From: Hypanus sabinus
Lineage: Eukaryota
Reading direction: 5' to 3'
Length of the DNA stretch: 64,000 nucleotides
NCBI RefSeq assembly: GCF_030144855.1
Contig: NC_082730.1
Location: 15,190,001 to 15,254,000 of the forward strand
A model generated the notes under the pieces. The model had not been told where the DNA came from, searched no databases, and saw only the letters and a list, made by a program, of their open reading frames with translations. Of this stretch, positions 57,232 through 64,000 are shown piece by piece. Made by a program: the position numbers and the translations under genes. The stretch's first letter is position 1. Every line of letters begins with the position of its first letter.

Positions 57232-58345
57232 TGTCATAAGGGGGGTGTTGAGACTGGACCCAAATGCAGGACACAGACACTGAAGTACAAGGAACAGGAC
57301 GGGACAAAACTAAAGAACGGGACAGGTCAGACTAGGCTAGGGAAGCAGGACCAGAAGGAGGGATTGGGTAAAAGGAGCTTGGGGTGAACTCCAAGCCCAA
57401 GACTGGACACGGACCCAGAACCTGGTTCTTGACTCGGGCTCAGACACCAAACCAGACGAAGATGTGACAAGGCCTGGGTTCAAAGGACCTTGAGACTTGA
57501 GACCAGACTGGAGACTTGAATAACTCGCAGGCTGGAGCCCTGGGTCCCTGGAGCTCGAGGCTGGGGCCCTGGGTTCCTGGATCTCGAGGCTTTAGGCTTG
57601 GGTTCTTGGAGCTTGAGGCTTGGGTTCCTGGAGCTTGAGGCTTGGGTTCCTGGAGACCAAGCATAGACATGACAAGGTTTGGAGACCAGGCGAAGACGAG
57701 ACAGGTCTTGGTTTCTTGGAGCTCGAGGCTTGAGGCTTGGGTTCTTGGAGCTTGATACTTGGGTTCTTGGAGCTTGAGGCTTGAGGCTTGGGTTCCTGGA
57801 GACCAAGCGTAGACATGACAAGGTTTGGAGACCAGGTGAAGACGAGACAAGTCTTGGTTTCTTGGAGCTCGAGGCTTGAGGCTCGGGTTCTTGGAGCTTG
57901 AGGCTTGGGTTCTTAGAGACCAGACAAAGACGTGACGGGGCTTGGGTTCTTGGAGGCCACTCCTGAGCAGGACGCGGGACTCCACCCAACAGAGGGAAGG
58001 AACAGAACCAATCACAGGCCTGGCTTACCTGATGGAGGCAAGGGACAGGAAGGGAGCTCAGTCTGGGGTGGTTCCTGGTAACCTCGGCAGCCTACAGAAC
58101 AGCCAAATCCATAACTCACTGAATGTACTAGCCTTCCACCAGTGGGTTGCTCCAAGGGCAGACTGACAAGACAATCCCCCAATCACACTCAATCCCAGGG
58201 CCAATTACATTCCCAGCCCCCAAGATGAGCATCAGGTGCTTACATTTAAGTGCAATCTAAGCAAGGGACAGTCGGAGGACCCGGAGTCTGGAGTCTGCAG
58301 ACCGGACCGTGAACCGTAATGTGGATTTCAGACCAGACCACGACA
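57232..58345 (-). mobile_element. Solo LTR (1114 bp) with an internal minisatellite
   Basis: TGTCA...CGACA termini with TSD ATAAT at 57227-57231 and 58346-58350. It shares GGACCCAAATGCAGGAC(A/G)CAGACACTGAAGTAC with the LTR at 32900. Confidence 0.88.
57460..57960. repeat. Compound minisatellite (7-, 21- and ~29-bp units; 146-bp higher-order repeat)
   Basis: Units GAGGCTT and GGTTCTTGGAGCTTGAGGCTT; GGAGACCAAGC.TAGACATGACAAGG recurs at 57652 and 57798. Confidence 0.9.
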
Positions 58346-58657
58346 ATAATGAGATATTTAGAGCTGAACACAACACTCCGAGTCTGGTATAACCAGGGTC
58401 TTTATAGAGTTGCTACAATACCTAATAATTTTTAAACTCAGTAATCATGATTCTGTTGCTGCATATCATCACGGATTGTGGTTTGTTGGTCAGGAAGTTA
58501 AGGATCCTATTGCAAAGGGAGATGCTGTCCCCCATATCTCGGAGTTTTGAAATGATTGTACTTGGAATTATTGTATTGAAAATGTAGCTTTATTCAATAA
58601 GCAGTCTAACATAGGTGTTTTTACAGTCTGATGCTCCAGAGAAGAGTATAAGGGTAG

Positions 58658-58867
58658 TGATGTACCATCAATAACTCTCCGAGACGTGAGTTAAGGTAGG
58701 CTTTTATTGGCTGGAAGAAAGCACAAGCAGCAAGCAATCACCACACAACATCCTGGAGACTGAGCAAGGAGCAGTGCCTCCAATCGCCTTTATACCGGGG
58801 TCTGTGGGTGGGGCCACAGGAGCAGTCAGCAGGGTGGGCGTGTCCAGACAGGTATATGTTCACCACA
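58658..58867 (-). mobile_element. Short (210 bp) solo LTR-like element
   Basis: The minus strand begins TGTGG and ends CATCA, with TATAAA and AATAAAA inside. No direct TSD was found. Confidence 0.55.
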
Positions 58868-58879
58868 CTACCCAGGACT

Positions 58880-60945
58880 GCATAAAGTGCACAAAACAGT
58901 GCAGGCATTACAATAAATAATAAATAAGACAATAGGGCAGTAAGGTGTCAGTCCAGGCTTTGCGTATTGAGGAATCTGATAGCTTGGGGGAAAAAACTGT
59001 TACATAGTCTGGTTGTGAGAGCCCGAATGTTTCGGTGCCTTTTCCAAGACGGCAGGAGGGAAAAGAGTTTGTATGAAGGGTACGTGTGGTCCTTCATAAT
59101 GCTGTTTGCTTTATGGATGCAGCATGTAGTGTAAATGTCCGTAATAACGGGAAGAGAGACCCCGATGATCTTCTCAAATGACCTCACTATCTGCTGCAGG
59201 GTCTTGCAATCCGAGAAGGTGAAATTTCCGAACCAGGCAGTGATGCAGCTGCTCAGGATACTCTCAATACAACCCCTGTAGAACGTGATGAGGATGAGGG
59301 GTGGGAGATGGACTTTCTTCAGACCGCAGAAAGTAGAGACGCAGCTGGGCTTTCTTTGCTATTGAGCTGGTGTTGAGGGACCAGGTGAGATTCTCCACCA
59401 GGTGAACACCAAGAAATTTGGTGCTCTTAACGATCTCTACCAAGGAGCCTTCGATGGTCGCTCTGTGCCCTCCCGAAGCCAACAACCATCTCTTTTGTGT
59501 TGTTCACATTCAGAGACAGGTTGTTGGCTCTGCACCAGTCCGTTAGCCGCTGCACCTCCTCTCTGTAAGCTGACTCGTCATTCTTGCTGATGAGACCCAC
59601 CACAGTCGTGTCATCGGCGAACTTGATGATATGGTTCAAGCTGAGTACTGCAGCACAGTCGTGGGTCAGCAGAGCAGTGGACTGAGCACGCTACCCTGGG
59701 GAGCCCCCATGCTCAGTGTGATGGTGTCGGAGATGCTGCGCCCGATCCAGGCTGACTGAGGTCTCCCAGTCAGGAAGTCTAGGATCCAGTTGCAGAGGGA
59801 GGTGTTCAGGCCCAGTAGGCACAACTTTCCAATCAGTTTCTGGGGGATGATTGTGTTGAATGCTGAACTGAAGTCTATGAACAGCATCCGAATGTATGTG
59901 TCTTTTTTGTTCAGATGGGTTAGGGCCAGCAGGCAATGACGTCGTTTGTTGAGCAGTTGGGACAGTACACAAACGGCAGGGGATCCAGTGAGGGGAGCAG
60001 CAGGGTCTTGATATGCCTCATGACGAGCCTCTCGAAACACTTCATGATGATGGATGTGAGTGTAACGGGATGGTAGTCATTGAGGCTGGACACTGAGGAC
60101 ATCTTCGGGATGGGGACGATGGTGGCTGCCTTGAAGGATTTTGGAACAGTGGCGCTGCTCAGGGAGATGTTGAAGATGTCAGTGAGAACATCTGCTAGCT
60201 GGTCTGAACATCCTCTGAGCAATCTACCAGGGATGTTGTCTGGTCCAGCAGCCTTCCGTGGGTTGAACCTGCACAGGGTTCTTCTCACAACAACCACAGT
60301 GAGACACAGCACCTGGTCATTTGTAGGAGGGGTGCACTTCCTCACCGCCATGTCAATTCCACCTCAAGTTGAGCATAGAAGTTACTCAGCGCATCTCGAG
60401 GGAGGCATCACCCACACAGTCAGGTGATGTTGTCCAGTTTTTGGTGATGTCCTGAATGCACATCCATAGCGCCGCGTGTCGCCGCTGTCCAGGAAGTGGC
60501 TGTGGATTCAGTGGGCCTGTGCTTGCTTTGCCCTTCTGATGGACCAGGACAGTTTGGCCCTTGCTGTTGTTAGGGCTGCTTTGTCGCCTGCTCTGAAGGC
60601 GGAGTCACAGGTCCTCAGCAGTGCACGCACCTCCGCGGTCATCCATGGCTTCTGGTTAGCGCGTGCAGTGATAGTCTTGGACAGAGTAACATCATCAATG
60701 ATGTAGCTGGTCACTGATGCTGTGTACTCCTCTAAGTCGGTAGAGTCACCATCGGTTGCAGCCACCCTGAACATGTGCCAGTCAGTGTGCTCAAAACAGT
60801 CTTGAAGAGCAAAGATGGCTTCTACTGTCCAGGTTTTCATCTGCTTCTGAACTGGTCTGGAGCACCTGATGAGTGGTCTGTATGCTGGGATTAGCAAAAA
60901 AAGAGATGTGGTCTGAGTAACTGAGGTGGGAACTTCTGTCTTCTT
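58880..60945 (-). mobile_element. Rex1/Babar LINE, 5'-truncated and frameshifted
   Basis: [66 protein letters not shown] and TRLCNSFFPQAIR are motifs typical of Rex1. Confidence 0.9.
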
Positions 60946-61049
60946 TACTTGTTTTGCCAAACAGAACATGGAGAAGTATCAGATTGTTCTGGCCTCTTCC
61001 TGCATTGCCCCATCACTTCTTGGATATCTTCTCAAAGGTCATTTTTATA

Positions 61050-61990
61050 ATTGTCCTGGATAAGGAAGTGGAGGGATGGGTTAGTAAATTTGATGATGAC
61101 ACAAAGGTTGGGGGTGTTGTGGATAGTGTGGTGGGCTGTCAGAGATTACAGCAGAATATTGATAGGATGCAAAACTGGGCTGAGAAGTGGCAGATGGAGT
61201 TCAACCCAGATAAGTGTGAAGTGGTTTATTTTGGTAGTTCAAATATGATGGCAGGATATAGTCTTAATGGTAAGACTCTTGGCAGTGTGAAGGATCAGAG
61301 GGATCTTGGGGTCCGAGTCCAGAGGACACTCAAAGTTGCTGTGCAAGTTGACTCTGTGGTTAAGAAGGCATACAGTGTATTGGCCTTCATTAATCGTGTG
61401 ATTGAGCTTAGGAGCCGAGGGGTAATATTGCAGCAATATAGACCCCTGTTCAGACTCCACTTGGAGTACTGTGCTCAGTTCTGGTTGCCTCACTACTGGA
61501 AGAATGTGGAAACCATAGAAAGGGTGCAGAGGAGATTTACAAGGATGTTGCCTGGATTGGGGAGCATGCCTTATGAGAATGGGTTGAGTGAACTAGGTCT
61601 TTTCTCCTTGGAGCAACGGAGGATGAGAGGTGACCTGACTGAGGTGTATAAGACGATGAGAGGCATTGATCGTGTGGATAGTCAGAGTCTTTTTCCCAGG
61701 ACTGAAATAGCTAGTATGGGACGGCACAGTTTTAAGGTGCTTGGAAGTAGGTACAGGGGAGATATCAAGAGAAAGTTTTTAAACGCAGAGAGTGGTGAGT
61801 GCATGGAATGGACTGCCAGTGATGGTGATGGAAGAGGATACGATAGGGTCTTTTAAGGGACTCCTGGATAAGTACCTGGAGCTTAGAAAAATAGAGAGCT
61901 ATGGGTAACTCTAGATAATTTCTAAGGTATGGACATAGCTTGTGGGCCGAAGGGCCAGTAATGTGCTGTAGTTTTTCTATGTTTCTAACT
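61050..61990 (+). mobile_element. CR1 3' fragment
   Basis: VSKFDDDTKVG, EKWQMEFNPDKCEV and HLEYCAQFW motifs with a TTTCTA tail. Confidence 0.9.
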
Positions 61991-62394
61991 ATGGTTCAAT
62001 ATGCTGATGAGAACAGGTGCAGAGATCAAAACATCTTCCGCAAAGCATTTTTGTTTCAGCAACTTTATCACTGAACAGCAATAACAATTTGGTGAAGAAA
62101 AGTAAAGCCTTCTTCTGCCATTATGTGGCCATCATCTTATGATCTGAAATGATTGGGCAATGCAGGGAAAGGTTGCAACAGTTTGTTTACTGAGGCATCC
62201 ATTGATACTTAACTATATTCTGGTTTTATGAGACAAGTAGAGAGCACAGAAGCCTGAACACAGACTCAAGGCGGTAATTGTTGCCAAAAGTGCATCTACT
62301 AAGTACTTAGTTGAAGGGGTGAATACTTTTGCAATTAATTATTTTGTGTTTTATATTTCAAATAACTTACATCATTTTGTAGAGATCTGCTTTC

Positions 62395-63990
62395 AAAGGA
62401 GAGGAGGTGTTGGAGTTGTTAAAGTACATTAGGACGCATAAGTCCCCGGGGCCTGACGGAATATTCCCCAGGCTGCTCCACGAGGCGAGAGAAGAGATTG
62501 CTGAGCCTCTGGCTAGGATCTTTATGTCCTCGTTGGCTACTGGAATGGTACTGGAGAATTGGAGGGAGGCGAATGTTGTCCCCTTGATCAAAAAAGTTAG
62601 TAGTGATAGTCCAGGTAATTATAGACCAGTGCACCTTACGTCTGTGGTGGGAAAGCTGTTGGAAAAGATTCTTAGAGATAGGATCCATGGGCATTTAGAG
62701 AATCATAGTCTGATCAGGGACAGTCAGCATGGCTTTGTGAAGGGCAGATCGTGCCTAACTAGCCTGATAGAGTTCTTTGAGGAGGTGACCGGGTATCTAG
62801 ATGAGGGTAGTGCAATGGATGGGATCTACATGTATTTTAGGAAGGCATTTAACAAGGTTCCACATGGTACGCTTATTCAGAAAGTCAGAAGGCATGGGAT
62901 CCAGGAAAGTTTGGCCAGGTGGATTCAGAATTGGCTTGCCTGCAGAAGGCAGAGTGTTGGCGTGGAGGGACTGCATTCAGATTGGAGGGTTGTGACTAGT
63001 GGTGTCCCACAAGGATCTGTTCTGGGACCTCTACTTTTTGTGATTTTTATTAAGAACTTGGATGTGGGGGTAGAAGGGTGGGATGGCAAGTTTGCAGATG
63101 ACACAAAGGTTGGTGATGTTGTAGATAGTGTAGAGGAATGTCAAAGATTGCAGAGAGACATTGATAGGATGCAGAAGTGGGCTGAGAAGGGGCAGATGGA
63201 GTTCAACCTGGAGGAGTGTGAGGTGGTACACTTTGGAAGGACAAACTCCAAGGCAGAGTACAAAGACATAGTAAGTGGCAGGATACTTGATAGTGTGGAG
63301 GAGCAGAGGGATCTGGAGATACATGTCCACAGATCCCTGAAAGTTGCCTCACAGGTAGATAGAGTAGTTAAGAAAGCTTATGGGGTGTTAGCTTTCATAA
63401 GTCGAGGGATAGAGTTTAAGAGATGCGATGTAATGATACAGCTCTCTAAAACTCTAGTTAGGCCACACTTGGAGTACTGTGTCCAGTTCTGGTCGCCTCA
63501 CTATAGGAAGGATGTGGAAGCATTGGAATGGGTATAGAGGAGATTTTCCAGGATGCTGCCTGTTTTAGAGAGTACGCATTATAATCAGAGATTAAGGGAA
63601 CTAAGGCTTTACTCTTTGGGGAACAGGAGGATGAGAGGAGACATGATAGAGGTGTACAAGATATTAAGAGGAATAGACAGAGTGGACAGCCAGTGCCCCT
63701 TCCCCAGGGCACCACTGCTCAGTACAAGAGGACTTTGTTTTAAGGTAAGGGGAGGGAAGTTCAAGGGGGATATTAGAGGAAGGTTTTTCACTCAGGGAGT
63801 GGTTTGTGCCTGGAATGCACTGCCTGAGTCAGTGATGGAGGCAGATACACTAGTGAATTTTAAGAGACTACTAGATAGGTATATGGAGGAATTTAAGGTG
63901 GGGGTTTATATGGGAGGCAGGGTTTGAGGGTTGGCACAATGTTGTGGGCCAAAGGGCCTGTAATGTGCTGTACTATTCTATGTTCTATGT
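62395..63990 (+). mobile_element. CR1 RT region to 3' end
   Basis: [30 protein letters not shown] and HLEYCVQFWSP motifs with an ATGTTCT tail. Confidence 0.92.
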
Positions 63991-64000
63991 TAAACTGCCA

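Noticed and set aside
57460-57960. CRISPR-like repeat array
   Set aside because: The units are contiguous with no unique spacers, in a eukaryotic LTR context with no cas genes.
57440-58015. Repetitive Pro/Gln/Ser-rich ORFs
   Set aside because: They are by-products of the minisatellite inside a solo LTR, with no splice or start context.

Overview
Vertebrate genomic DNA, most likely from a cartilaginous fish such as a ray (inferred from the repeat repertoire and gene family, not proven). Most of the window is transposable elements: L1, many CR1 copies, Rex1/Babar, a Ty3/gypsy chromovirus, solo LTRs, Penelope-like remnants and tRNA-derived SINEs. Threaded through them on the + strand is one intron-rich immune-receptor locus. 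Its exons encode CD300/pIgR-type V domains alternating with FCRL-type C2 domains (V1 5075-5389, C2a 7048-7368, V2 18175-18489, C2b 32177-32497, V3 36049-36363 with a stop codon, C2c 39883-40203). These are followed by a stalk, a transmembrane exon and a cytoplasmic tail with three tyrosine motifs (IVYADL, TVYVNM, PTYADI). This fits the modular domain immune-type receptor (MDIR)/CMRF35-like families. The V-C2-V block is tandemly duplicated and the second copy is partly decayed. Its first V exon is broken by an inverted fragment of a third paralog carrying a promoter-like region, a Penelope-split leader exon and a V start. This creates a ~500-bp-arm fold-back with a promoter-like sequence pointing into it, a candidate hairpin-RNA locus. 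The leader exon of the main gene is not in the window; it probably lies left of a young antisense L1 that runs off the edge. All exon calls and identity estimates are manual and need RNA evidence.
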